Positions 38,870 to 52,519 of a stretch of DNA of 64,000 bases are shown one piece after another; the first letter of the stretch is position 1, and each line of letters begins with the position of its first letter. The stretch spans positions 245,272,001-245,336,000 of the forward strand of contig OZ024743.1 in assembly GCA_964016885.1 (NCBI GenBank), written 5' to 3'. The DNA is from Eledone cirrhosa (lineage: Eukaryota). Both the position numbers and the translations under genes were made by a program. A model generated the notes under the pieces. It had not been told where the DNA came from. It did not search any database and was given only the letters and a program-made list of their open reading frames with translations.

Positions 38870-40225
38870 ATATCATCATTGTTTCAACATCCGTTTTTCC
38901 ACGCTTGCATGGGTTGGACGGATCCTTTTTCAGCACATCTCTCCACATTCCTTCGTTATCTCAGATCAGCTCTCACCAATTCTGTCTGCCCAGGTCTTCC
39001 TTGGTCTACCTCTTCTGCAGCTTCCTTCCACTGGGATTTCCTGGTACTTCTTCATCCAGTGATTATCATATGTCCGTACCAATGCAGTCTTCTCTCTTGT
39101 ATACCATTTTGGTTTGGTCTTGTAACTCCTGATAGAATCGTAAGGGCACTGTATTGACATACGGCGTTTCTTAGGCATTTTAAGCCTGGTGGTGCCCATC
39201 CCTCTCTAGGTCTGAGTACAGCAGATTTCTTTGGAAGAGAGGGAGCATCGACCCCAGTACTAGACTGATACTATTTTTTTTATCGACCTTGAAAGGATGA
39301 AAAACAAAGTTGACCTCGGCGAGACTTGAACTCAGAGAGGTGAGAGCCAGAACAAATACTATAAAGTATTCTATTTGACCTTCTAACGACTCTGCCAATT
39401 CACCGCCTACACCATTTTGGGTTCCTTTAAAACTGTTTCTCCCTCAGTTCATCCCAGCTCTGCTTTTCTCTCACATTTAGATTTCACATCCAAAAAGTAT
39501 GGTTGCTTCATTTCTCTCCAGCTTACACATGTCCTCTGCAGTCACTACCCATGTTCCACTACCATGTAGTAGCATCATACTTCACACACAAGCAACATAC
39601 AGTCATCCTTTTGTGACAGTGGTACTAGCTCTGACCTTTTGATTTCAAATTCTGTTTCCACAGTCGTAATTTATTCTCTAGTTCTTTTATGGATTCAGCT
39701 ATAAGGACCAGATCATCTGCAAAGAGAAGTTCCAATGGACAGCCAATTTTAAACTCCTCTTTTATGGCCTGGAGAACTATGATGAACTGCAGTAAGCTGA
39801 AGACTGAACCCTGATAACTCCTACCTGTACCTTGAATTCCTAACTACTCTCACCTTGCTGACAGCTCCTCTGTAGATGACTTGCACTGCTCTCACAAGCC
39901 ATTCTTCCACATCTAATTTTCTTAAGGACCACCAGATAATGGATCAAGGTTCTCTGTCAAAGGCCTTATCAATACTAGCAAAAGCTAAATATAGTAGCTT
40001 ATTCTTGGCTAGGAACTTCTCTTGTAGTTATATCATCATGAAGAATGCATCTGTAGTACTTTTCCCTGGCATGAAACCAAACTGCATATCATCTAATTTG
40101 ACTCTTTCCCTAATTAGCTGTGCTATAACTCATTCTGTCACTTTCCTTAGTCCATTAGTTTTATTCCTCTATAGTTTCTCCTTTCTAGAGCTTCACTGTT
40201 ACCCTTGTAGCAATTTATGATTGTA
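38870..40225 (-). mobile_element. Old, fragmented RTE LINE with a nested SINE
   Basis: Remnants of GRPRKTW, LHGSETW-like, LFADDL and QFGFMPGKSTTDAFFM motifs on the minus strand, with many deletions. Confidence 0.75.
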
Positions 40226-41109
40226 CTATATATATATATAGAGAGAGAGAGAGAGTGTGTGTGCATGCACACAGAAAAACAGTTACATAAGATGAACAGA
40301 CTACTACAACCCTACCTCATGGACCACATGCTGGAGTTCAATTTCGCACATTAAGGTTGTATTACACTTCTAATGATAGTTTGCACAACAAATTGGAGAA
40401 CTGCTCTGTTGGTAAATTGTGAGATGATGTCACAAGAAAGAATGGGCAGGGAAATTTAAGGGAGTTTTTTTTTTAACAAAAAACAGATACATGAATACAT
40501 TATGAATTAAGACTGAATTCATACATTGTAAAATGTGCAACAAGTTAATACTGGATAAATGTGAGTCGAAGGAATGTGGTTGCCTGGCAGTCGATTAAAT
40601 TGACCCCAGTGCATTACTGGTACTTTATTTTATCGACCCCGTAAGGGTGAAAGGCAAAGTTAACCTTGGCAGGATTTGAACTCAGAATGTAAAGAGCCAG
40701 AACAAATACTGTAAAGGCATTTTATCAAATGCTCTACCAATTCTACCAATCCACCACCCAATAATAATAATGGTTTCTAATTTAGGCACCAGAACAGCAA
40801 TTTGGGGCGAGGGGAAAGTTGATTAGATTGCCCCCAGTTATTTAGTGGTGGTGAGACAATGCAGTTAACATTTCAAATCCTATACATAAAAAGTAACTGC
40901 CAAATAACAGACAATGGTGAGTCACTAAACCAGTGGTTCCCAACTTGGCAGCCACGCATGTAATTTGTGAGTTAAGTTCAACATTTTCAGTATTTTGTTT
41001 AGAAAGCTATTGGGTATCCATTCTTTTCTAAGTGTAAGCATTTCTATTTTTTTTATTGTCATTCTAACTGTATAACAATCTCAAAGAGCTGATTGGAATA
41101 AAACACTAG

Positions 41110-41290
41110 CAACTCAAGTGGCTAGGCCACACACTTGGACTGGTCCAGATGACATAAAAGGTAGCATTAAGAAGAGACACAACCTAGAAAGGGAAAGCTT
41201 AGGTGGCCAAATCACACCTGGCACAGAACAGTTAGGACGTGATTAGAGAAATGATGCTTACATGGGACAAGGTACAGAGTTGCTAAAGAC
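41110..41290 (+). mobile_element. Decayed LINE C-terminal fragment (RTE-like) that seeds the adjacent minisatellite
   Basis: Translates with frameshifts to QLKWLGHT...VAL...WPNHTWHRT...LTWDKVQ, resembling RWxGHxLR...GRPKxTWRR...GLTWxxAxxxAxDR. Confidence 0.55.
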
Positions 41291-42247
41291 TGGTCTTACA
41301 TGGGACACGGTACAGAAAGTTGCTAAAGACTGGTCTTACATGGGATAAGGTACAGAAAGTTGCTAAAGACTGGTCTTACATGGGACAAGGTACAGAAAGT
41401 TGCTAAAGACTGGTCTTACATGGGACAAGGTACAGAGTTGCTAAAGACTGGTCTTACATGGGACAAGGTACAGAAAGTTGCTAAAGACTGGTCTTACATG
41501 GGACAAGGTACAGAAAGTTGCTAAAGACTGGTCTTACATGGGACAAGGTACAGAAAGTTGCTAAAGACTGGTCTTACATGGGACAAGGTACAGAAAGTTG
41601 CTAAAGACTGGTCTTACATGGGACAAGATACTGAGTTACTAAAGACTGGTCTTACATGGGACAAGGTACTGAGTGTTGCTAAAGACTGGTCTTACATGGG
41701 ACAAGGTACAGAGTTGCTAAAGACTAGTCTTACACGGGGCAGAGTTGCTAAAGACTGGTCTTACATTGGACAAGGTACAGAGTTGCTAAAGACTAGTCTT
41801 ACATGGGACAAGGTACAGAGTTGCTAAAGACTGGTCTTACATGGGACAAGGTACAGAGTTGCTAAAGACTGGTCTTACATGGGACAAGGTACAGAGTTGC
41901 TAAAGACTGGTCTTACATGGGACAAGGTACAGAGTTGCTAAAGACTGGTCTTACATGGGACAAGGTACAGAGTTGCTAAAGACTGGTCTTACATGGGACA
42001 AGGTACAGAGTTGCTAAAGACTGGTCTTACATGGGACAAGGTACAGAGTTGCTAAAGACTGGTCTTACATGGGACAAGGTACAGAGTTGCTAAAGACTGG
42101 TCTTACATGGGACAAGGTACAGAGTGTTGCTAAAGACGGGTCTTACATGGGAAAAGGTACAGAGAGTTATTAAAGACTGGTCTTATATGAGATAAGGTAG
42201 AGAGAGTAGCTAACGATTGGTCTTATATGGGACAAAGTAGAGAGAGT
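41256..42247. repeat. 38/40-bp minisatellite, about 25 copies
   Basis: Unit TGCTAAAGACTGGTCTTACATGGGACAAGGTACAGA(AA)GT. Confidence 0.97.
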
Positions 42248-44149
42248 TAAGGCAGAGTCGTTAAAGACGTTGGATAGAATGTTTTACGGTATTCGTCCCA
42301 CCTCATTGCGTGCTCTCAGTTCAAATCCCCTCATGGTCAACTTTGCCTTTCGAGGTCGATAAAAAAGTACCAGTCCAGTACTGGGGTCGATTCTTCCTCT
42401 ATAGAAAAAATTGGCTGTGTTCAGACCTGGAGAGGTTTGGGCTCCACCAGGTTTAAAAGTGCCCTAGACATGACGTATGATGGTGCCTCTATGACTCCAC
42501 AAGGAGTTATGGGATATTTATCCTTTTTATCCTACAGAGAATTACTAAACACTGGTTTTATATGAGACAAGGTAGAGAGGCAGTTGTTAATGACTGGTCT
42601 TACATGGAGCAACATAGAGTTACTAAAGACTGGTGTCAAATCATTGAATCCTTATTTTTCAACTAAGAAGAAAAAGACTAATAACAATGATAATGATAGA
42701 GCACCAACTTTTAAAATGCTCAACACCATCAGTTTTCCATGTTTTTCCATGCTGGTAATAACTTTTGAGAAATCTAAGCCCAGAGGAAACCCTTCTCATT
42801 TAATCCTTATTTTTTTTTTTTTTTTTAAATAAGGTGCCAATCTTTGCTCATCTAATTGAGAAGTGGGATCTCTGTATATGTGGAACATAAACAAATATCA
42901 CCACCTGTGATGTCAATTTTTAAAGAGTAAGAAAAAGAGACAAATACAGATATACATATGGGCTTCCATGCAGTTTCTGCCTACGAAACTTCACTGCAAA
43001 GTGGGATGGAGCCCAAGGCCACATAGTTGTAATGTGAACATCATAACCACACAGGCTATGCCAGCACCTAGAAATATGACAGCTGTTTGCTAGAAGACTC
43101 ATTCAGAGTGGAACAGTTTAACTCAGTAAAAACCATCTTTCAATAACTTAAGAGCATCACAGATTAGCATTGTGAAATGGAACCTACTTTACATGGAAAT
43201 TCATCAGAGATTCTTAAAGAATCAAAGAAAATTAATACATAATTTGAACTTACATTGACTACTTTACCCAATGTATCCTATTGTATTTTAAGGGAGCATG
43301 GTGTGATATGATGAAGATTTAGCTCATTAACTCTTTTGGTACCAAACCACTAGAAGTTGCTTATGGTTCTATGATACAAAGGTGTTTATATTTATCTAAA
43401 AAATTTCCATCATAATTTTATGTAAGAACCTTTAAGTTATGAAAAAATGAGAAAGTTAGTTACTGAAATTTTTTAAAGTCTTGGTTATTTTCAAAATCAT
43501 TTGAAAATCATAGGCAATGTCTTTCATTAGAAATGTGGCAATGAAAGGGTTAATAATATCGATTTCTTCATTTAAAAAACTTTTTTAGAAGAAAAAGCAA
43601 AGTTGATCCTGGTCATAAAGAGCTGTACCTAAATATCACAAGACATTTTGTTTGGTATTCTATTCATTCTGTTAATCTTCTATGAATCACATTTCTTTAG
43701 ATTGATAGAAATCATGGCTAACATCAATTAACCCTTTAGCATTTACATTACTCTATATATACTATTGTAGTCGAATCTACAAAATTTTTATGTTATTTAT
43801 TTTGAGAACAATACCTTTACATTAGTTTGAGTGGCCAGTTACAGCCAGTTTGAACAGAAAGAGGTGATGGTATTCTGGCTGGATACAGACAATATACAGA
43901 CCTCTCTCAACAAAAATCCAGTGTTTTGTCTGATTTATTTAGATTAGTGTACTCACTTTAGTTGTCCTAAATAAAGAGCTGGAAAAATATTGCATGATGA
44001 ACAATAAGAAATGAGCTGTGTGTTCTCCCCCGGATAATATATATATTCGGGGTCTCAAATTCTTCATATTACCCACTCTACTACACCAAGTATTGAGTAC
44101 TCTAGTGAGTAATTGTCTAACTGGTTTTTACTGCATCCATTCTGATTTA

Positions 44150-45525
44150 TATATAGGTTTAGCAAAGAATTTAGTATGCAGGTTAGTGTCCACCAAGGCT
44201 CAGTTCCTAGCCCCCTCTTGTTTATCATGGGAACTTCTGTATGCAGATGACTTAACCCGTATAGCCAAATTAGAGATGAAATTCCAAACCTGGAATCTAA
44301 AGGTCTTAACATCAATGTAGCAAAGACTAAAGTTCTAGTAAGTAGAAAGGTTAACAGGGCCCAGATCTCCTTAGGGAAATGGCCTTGTACAATGTGCAGA
44401 AAAGGAGTAGGTAGGGATTCCATACTGTGTCTCAAATACAAGATATGGGTACACAAGGGATGTATAGGGACCCCAGGCAGGTTAACAAAGAATTTTTACA
44501 TGCAGTTGATGCACAGGAGCAATAAGTAGCAAGAGCTCTCAAGAAACAATCACCTTCAACTGCCTAGAGGGCTCTATAGATAGCTTCTGTTACCTGGGTG
44601 ATCAAATCAGCAGTGGGGGGAGAGTGTTCCAAAAGTACAGTAGTCAGAGTGAGATCGGATTGGAGAAAGTTCAGGGATCTACTACCGCTGCTAACTACAA
44701 AAGGATTTTCCTTCAAAATGAAAGGCAGACTGAATGATGCATGTATAAGAACTATGTTGCACAGTACAGAGGACCTGCATAGATTGGAAAGGAATGAATC
44801 CTCTATGCTTCAATAGATGTGCGATAGCAATATTCACAAATGGCAAAGCATAAATGAACTTCGCAAGAAATTAAGCATAAGAGGGATGTTGTATGCAGGA
44901 GAGGAGATTGCATTGATATGGACAAGTGATGTGTATGAAGGATGACAGCTGTATAAAAAAGGTACAGAGCACTCAAAGTTGATGGTAGCCATGGAGTAGG
45001 CAGGCCTAGGAAGACTTGGGATGTGGTTATAAGAGCTGACTTCGCTCAATTACACCTCACTAAGGTGATGACACAGGACCATGACCTCTGGCGCTATGAA
45101 GTATTACAGATGATGTGCCCTCTATTATTCTCGGGCTGAGGCATATACTTAGTAGGTAACACCATTCCCTACCATCTCCCCTCCCTAACCCTTATACTTA
45201 CGTCCCCAATTTCCCAAAGCAGCCCCCACCCAAATTTTCAACCTCCTCTACAAAGTGATCCCCCCTGGAGCCATCACAAAAGAGCCTGGCCCACTAAAGA
45301 GGTCATGTAGGTGTCACAACAAAAAGCACTCAGTCCACACTGTAAAGTGGTCATGTAGTTGTCACAACAAAAAACACCCAGTCCACACTGTAAAGTGGTC
45401 GTGTAGGCGACACAGCAAAAAGCACCCAACACACACTGTAAATGTGGTTTGTTAGGAAGGGCATCCAGCTGTAGAAATGAAGCCAAATCAGTTCTGAGTG
45501 AAAGATGGATGTTAAACAATGATAT
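44150..45525 (+). mobile_element. Decayed RTE LINE 3' half
   Basis: WELLYADDL, WPCTMCRKGVGRDSILC (PHD remnant), MKGRLNDACIRT and GRPRKTW remnants, plus an RTE-type 3' tail. Confidence 0.85.
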
Positions 45526-46650
45526 GTGAAGTGAACTGAATTAATAGCTTTTGCTCTGGGGGTTTATATGCTCTGCTATTATTAGACTGTTTTCTGTTGT
45601 CAAAACTACAACGAAAGCTACATATTCAATTCAATTTTCAAATTCCACTGCTGTCTTCTAAACATGTGAATATATATTTATATAAATATATATACATATA
45701 TAGTGAATTTTGTAAAAATTACATCCAAAGTTGTAATATCCAAAATTTGGTTAAATTCACATTTTCATTCGTTTATCCAGAGAAGTTATAACTTTGGCAG
45801 CTCATGAGACAAAGTAATAATTCTCCAACGAAATACACGTATTTCACAGATCAAAATGCTGTGAATTTTACCAAATGTTATATGTGTGCGTGTTTGTATG
45901 TGTGTAAGGGACAGCTCTACTGGCAGGTTTTACAAGAGGACCGAGGATGATTTGTGTAGAGGTGGTAAAAGACTCTCAGGATCTAGGACCTCACAAAGGA
46001 AAGACACATGTGGAGAGATGCTGTACTGAAGAGAATTCGCTTAACCCATACAAGATTGGAAAAAAGGATGTCAAAATTATATGTGTGTGTGTATATATAT
46101 GTACAAATCACAGTAAGATACTTTACACGTACAGAATATAAACTTCAACATACATACACCTGTTAAAATTTAATCATACACTCACACATCTCAGACATAC
46201 GCAAACACTACCAGATACTTTACATACACAAAAAATAAACATCAACGCACATTACAGTACACACATTCATACTTATATTCACTCACACATAAAAAGTCCA
46301 CTATCTCACACCAGACAGATATACACATAAACACACACATTTAACACTTTAGCATTCATATTGCTCTATATTTACTTTTGTATTTTCACAGAAAAGACTT
46401 TATCTCACATAATATTGAAGCTATGAGATTTTGATAACAATAAATACCTTATCAGTATGAGCAGCCGGTTATGGCTGGTTTGATTAGAAAGTGAGAGAAT
46501 TCTGGCTGGATACATCCAGTTTAAATGTTAAAGGGTTAAACATACACATAATATCAACACTAATACACACACATTTCACTTTGTGTTCCTAAATCGTTAC
46601 CAAGATTACCTAACAGTTTTTGTTTACTCTCATTATTTTCGTTTTTTTTT

Positions 46651-46756
46651 AGTTCAAATCCCACCGAGGTTAACTTCATCCTTACGGGATCGATAAAATA
46701 AAGTACCAGTAATGCACTGGGGTACTTGCTGGCCTTGTGCCAAAAGTATAAACAAT
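46651..46756 (+). mobile_element. Truncated SINE, second family
   Basis: Runs from the B box to the tail; TSD ATTATTTTCGTTTTTT. Confidence 0.8.
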
Positions 46757-46966
46757 TATTTTCGTTTTTTCTTTTTTACTTGGACTACCTTTTATTTTCT
46801 GTATCTATTCTTTGTGATCCTGTCTCTATTTTTGTACTCCCGAAGAAGGGCTAAAGCCGGACACATCGAACTTTCTTTCCCCCTTTTCATATAAAGCATG
46901 AAACTAATAAGACTTTTTGTACCTGTTTTGTTGTTTCCTTGAACTATATATATAGTAAATTGATAG

Positions 46967-47248
46967 ATTTGTTAGTCTACTAATGCAGTGTAGTATTTGT
47001 TAGTCTACTAATGCAGTGTAGTATTTGTTAGTCTACTAATGCAGTGTAGTATTTGTTAGTCTACTAATGCAGTGTAGTATTTGTTAGTCTACTAATGCAG
47101 TGTAGTATTTGTTAGTCTACTAATGCAGTGTAGTATTTGTTAGTCTACTAATGCAGTGTAGTATTTGTTAGTCTACTAATGCAGTGTAGTATTTGTTAGT
47201 CTATTAATGCAGTGTAGTATTTGTTAGTCTACTAATGCAGTGTAGTAT
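46967..47248. repeat. 28-bp tandem repeat, about 10 copies
   Basis: Unit ATTTGTTAGTCTACTAATGCAGTGTAGT. Confidence 0.97.
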
Positions 47249-49035
47249 GTTCCAGCTCTCTGCACTCTCAATTCACATCAAAGCCAACTTTGCCTCTCTT
47301 TCCTCCAAAGTTGATAAATAAAGTAGCAGTCCAGGGTAGTGGATTTGTAAAATAAGTAGAGCATCAGACAAGATGCTTTGCATTATCTGTTCTAGCTTCA
47401 AAATAGCTGAAATGTCACCCTACAGTAGATCAAAAATGACTGGGCAGAAAAAAACATCATAATCTTCATCAGTTTTATGTCTATTTTCTACACTGGCATG
47501 GGTTGGATGGATTGTCACATTCTGAGGCTGGTCAGGATAAATGACCATGTTATGTTCATACATTCCATTTTGGTATAGTTTCTATAACTGGATGCCTTCT
47601 CTAATGCCAACCACTTTACAGCATGTACTGAGCACATTTTATCATGGCATCAGCACAACCACCTTACAGCATGTACTGGATGTATTTTATCTTTATACCA
47701 GCATTACCATTTTACAGTGTCTTGGATGTGCCATGAAAACACCAACATCAGACCTACCAAAATTACATACCTCAACTTAACATTCAGCCCACAAGTGACA
47801 TCAGTTTCACAGGGCAGAAGAGCTTCCAGACTCAATGTTACCTCCAGAGCACATGTGAACATATACCTGACACCACTGAATTCTCTCAAAGTTAACAGCA
47901 TCATTGAGATGCAAACTATCCCGTGCTTGCTTACTCATCTGCTGTTATTGTCTTATTACCACCACCATGTGACATGAAACAACCAATAGAGGCCTTAAGC
48001 AACATGCCATTCAACTCCATTCACCATTTTGTTTTTCACTTATTCTCCAATCCATCTGTTTAAGTCTTGATACCACTGGCAATGTGGAGTTAAGTGAAAC
48101 TGTTAATACAAAAACAATCATCATTGTTGCTATCACTTTTTAATGTCTATTTTCCACGCTTGCATGAGTGGGACTATATATGTACCGACACAGAATAGTT
48201 TCTCTCACTATTGAACCTATTAGTGTGCACTCTGCTTTCCTTTTATCTTAATGATGCTGGCTTAATTAAAGCATTAAGCGAGTGAGAAAACAGTCAAAGA
48301 TATATCAGTCCTTCCAATTATATTTGTTAAGCCTTCATTATGTTTATTGATTGGTGATGTATATTTCGCTATTGATCAGCTCAAGGTTCGATCTGTATCG
48401 ATCTGGCCCGATTCTGGAATCAAAAGCTCGTCGGACCTCCCTGGATATGGGGAGTATTTATGACTTAAGAGACATGAGTAAATAACATTTGAAAGGGGGT
48501 GAGGAGTAAAGACTGATTTAGTCAGTTCAATAAATAAACAAATACATAAAACAAACAAAAACCAGATTTTTTTTTTTCAATCATTGAATAGCGACTATTA
48601 TCATTATTATTATTATTAATAGTTTATATATTTATATATAGTCATTGGGGCCTGCTTAATGAGGGGAGGTTCTCCACTACTTATGTACCTCCCCTTATAT
48701 CACAGGTTGTGTCTATCCCTCATATAGGAATGGTTTTACAATTAATTAGTTTTTAGGCCAAATGAATCGAATGAAGAATATCAGAAGAGATATTACAATG
48801 AAAATAATGATACACACACATTTCCAATCAGGATTATTTATCATAGAAGCAACATTTAGTCTTCTGTTGTTGTTGTAGCAGTGGTGGCTTGTAGTTCACC
48901 AGAATTCCAAAGTGTTGGAAGAAGGGAAATATAGTCTGAAATTGAAGATGATATTACAACAAAAACAGAACAGGACTTTTTCTCAGGGATTGAACATAAA
49001 ATAGCAGCAAGCAGAGTGTGGGGTATTGTGAGTAA

Positions 49036-51098
49036 CAGTGTGGTTTAGAGTGATGTGTAATGGTGTACTCTAGTGTGGTGTGTAATGGTGTACTCTAGTG
49101 TGGTGTGTAATGGTGTACTCAAGTTTGGTGTAGTGTCATATAGTGTGGTGTGTAATGGTGTACTCAAGTTTGGTGTAGTGTCATATAGTGTGGTGTGTAA
49201 TGGTGTACTCTAGTGTGGTGTGTCATGGTGTTCTCTAGTGTGGTGTAGTGTAATGGTGTACTCCAGTGTGGTGTGTAATGGTGTACTCAAGTTTGGTGTA
49301 GTGTCATATAGTGTGGTGTGTAATGGTGTACTCTAGTGTGGTGTAGTGTCATATAGTGTGGTGTGTAATGGTGTACTCTAGTGTGGTGTAGTGTCATATA
49401 GTGTGGTGTGTAATGGTGTAGTGTCATATAGTGTGGTGTGTAATGGTGTACTCTAGTGTGGTGTGTCATGGTGTTCTCTAGTGTGGTGTAGTGTCATATA
49501 GTGTGGTGTGTAATGGTGTACTCTAGTGTGGTGTAGTGTCATATAGTGTGGTGTGTAATGGTGTACTCAAGTTTGGTGTAGTGTCATATAGTGTGGTGTG
49601 TAATGGTGTACTCTAGTGTGGTGTAGTGTCATATAGTGTGGTGTGTAATGGTGTACTCTAGTGTGGTGTAGTGTCATATAGTGTGATGTGTAATGGTGTA
49701 CTCTAGTGTGGTGTAGTCTCATATAGTGTGATGTGTAATGGTGTACTCAAGTTTGGTGTAGTGTCATATAGTGTGGTGTGTAATGGTGTACTCTAGTGTG
49801 GTGTAGTGTCATATAGTGTGGTGTGTAATGGTGTACTCTAGTGTGGTGTGTAATGGTGTACTCTAGTGTGGTGTGTCATGGTGTACTCTAGTGTGGTGTA
49901 GTGTGTAATGGTGTACTCTAGTGTGGTGTAGTGTCATATAGTGTGGTGTGTAATGGTGTACTCTAGTGTGGTGTGTCATGGTGTACTCTAGTGTGGTGTA
50001 CTCTAGTGTGGTGTAGTGTATTATAGTGTGGTGTGTAATGGTGTACTCTAGTGTGGTCTAGTGTCATATGGTGTGGTGTGTAATGGTGTACTCTAGTGTG
50101 GTGTGTCATGGTGTTCTCTAGTGTGGTGTAGTGTAATGGTGTACTCAAGTTTGGTGTAGTGTCATATAGTGTGATGTGTAATGGTGTACTCTAGTGTGGT
50201 GTGTAATGGTGTACTCTAGTGTGGTGTGTAATGGTGTACTCTAGTGTGGTGTAGTGTCATATAGTGTGGTGTGTAATGGTGTACTCTAGTGTGGTGTAGT
50301 GTGTAATGGTGTACTCTAGTGTGGTGTAGTGTATTATAGTGTGGTGTGTAATGGTGTACTCTAGTGTGGTGTAGTGTCATATAGTGTGGTGTAATGGTGT
50401 ACTCTAGTGTGGTGTAGTGTCATATAGTGTGGTGTGTAATGGTGTACTCTAGTGTGGTGTAGTGTCATATAGTGTGGTGTGTCATGGTGTACTCTAGTGT
50501 GGTGTGTAATGGTGTACTCTAGTGTGGTGTGTAATGGTGTACTCTAGTGTGGTGTAGTCTCATATAGTGTGATGTGTAATGGTGTACTCTAGTATGTAGT
50601 GTATTATAGTGTGGTGTGTCATGGTGTACTCTAGTGTGGTGTAGTGTCATATAGTGTGATGTGTAATGGTGTACTCTAGTATGGTGTAGTGTATTATAGT
50701 GTGGTGTGTCATGGTGTACTCTAGTGTGATGTGTAATGGTGTACTCTAGTGTGGTGTAGTGTATTATAGTGTGATGTGTAATGGTGTACTCTAGTATGAT
50801 GTGTAATGGTGTACTCTAGTGTGATGTAGTGTCATATAGTGTGATGTGTAATGGTGTAGTGTCATATAGTGTGATGTGTAATGGTGTACTCTAGTGTGGT
50901 GTAGTGTCATATAGTGTGATGTGTAATGGTGTAGTGTCATATAGTGTGATGTGTAATGGTGTACTCTAGTGTGGTGTAGTGTCATATAGTGTGGTGTGTA
51001 ATGGTGTAGGTTAGTGTGCTGTAGTGTACTCTAGTGTGGTTTAGTGTGATGTGTAATTGTGTAGTATTTTGTCGTATAGTGTGATGTGGTGTGATGTA
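49036..51098. repeat. Complex GT-rich satellite built from 5-nt modules
   Basis: Shuffled modules TAGTG, TGGTG, TGTAA, TACTC and TCATA form variable units in 5-nt steps (e.g. 25 and 45 bp). Confidence 0.95.
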
Positions 51099-51221
51099 TT
51101 GAAGAGCCACAGTGATGGAGGGATACTTGGTGTGAATGCTTGCCAGTCCTGCCTTTATTATATTGTTGTTGTGCTTTTAATTTTAATGTTCTTGGTTCTA
51201 TAGCCAAGGAAATATGCCAGG

Positions 51222-52160
51222 CAGTGTTGTTACTGTCCTCAGTACAACTATAGTGGTCAACAGTGTTGGTACTGTCCTCAGTACAACTATAGTGGTCAAC
51301 ACAGTGTTGTTACTGTCCTCAGTACAACTATAGTGGTCAACAGTGTTGGTACTGTCCTCAGTACAACTATAGTGGTCAACAGTGTTGGTACTGTCCTCAG
51401 TACAACTATAGTGGTCAACAGTGTTGGTACTGTCCTCAGTACAACTATAGTGGTCAACACAGTGTTGTTACTGTCCTCAGTACAACTATAGTGGTCAACA
51501 CAGTGTTGTTACTGTCCTCAGTACAACTATAGTGGTCAACACAACACAGTGTTGTTACTGTCCTCAGTACAACTATAGTGGTCAACACAACACAGTGTTG
51601 TTACTGTCCTTAGTACAACTATAGTGGTCAACACAACACAGTGTTGTTACTGTCCTCAGTACAACTATAGTGGTCAACAGTGTTGGTACTGTCCTCAGTA
51701 CAACTATAGTGGTCAACAGTGTTGGTACTGTCCTCAGTACAACTATAGTGGTCAACACAGTGTTGTTACTGTCCTCAGTACAACTATAGTGGTCAACACA
51801 GTGTTGTTACTGTCCTCAGTACAACTATAGTGGTCAACACAACACAGTGTTGTTACTGTCCTCAGTACAACTATAGTGGTCAACACATCACAGTGTTGTT
51901 ACTGTCCTCAGTACAACTAAAGTGGTCAACACAGTGTTGTTACTGTCCCCAGTAAAACTATACTGGTCAACACAACAGTGTTGGTACTGTCCTCAGTACA
52001 ACTATAGTGGTCAACACAGTGTTGTTACTGTCCTCAGTACAATTATAGTGGTCATCACAACACAGTGTTGGTACTGTCCTCAGTACAACTATAGTGGTCA
52101 TCACAACACAGTGTTAGTACTGTCCTCAGTAGAACTACAGTGGTCAACACATCACAACAT
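51222..52160. repeat. 39/41/46-bp palindromic minisatellite, about 22 copies
   Basis: Unit CAGTGTTG(G/T)TACTGTCCTCAGTACAACTATAGTGGTCAA with variable CA/CAACA additions. Confidence 0.97.
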
Positions 52161-52519
52161 AAGTTTGGCATTGTCCTTAATAGAGCAAAACAAAACAAAG
52201 CAGAAAAACTAAAGAAATCTCCCTCTGTGATACTGACCAAAGAAGCAACTATGTTCCAACAACCAACACTGAATGGTAAGCATTTGACCAATACAACTAA
52301 TTTACCACCATCAAATTTCTTTCTTGCACCTTTTCTTTTACTCTATCAGCAACAAGAGGGCTGGTGAACAGATGAAGAGATAAGAAAAAAACAAACTGGA
52401 GGTAAAAACAGGCTAGTGGTTGCTTCGTTTAAAATATTTAGTGAAAAAAGGTAGAACTTATGCACCAAGTGTTGCAACAGAGACTCATGGTAAATTTCTT
52501 TGGAATTTGTACAAGAATA

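Noticed and set aside
41256-42247. CRISPR array or repeat protein (ORF 41558-41827)
   Set aside because: Units are head-to-tail with no spacers, and unit lengths of 38 and 40 are not multiples of 3.
49287-50985. His/Thr-rich ORFs on the minus strand
   Set aside because: They are translations of the pentamer satellite, with frequent stops and no splice support.
51222-52160. CRISPR-like array, or tandem hammerheads (minus strand has CTGAGGA in each unit)
   Set aside because: There are no unique spacers or cas genes and the context is eukaryotic. No GAAA strand exists to complete a hammerhead core.
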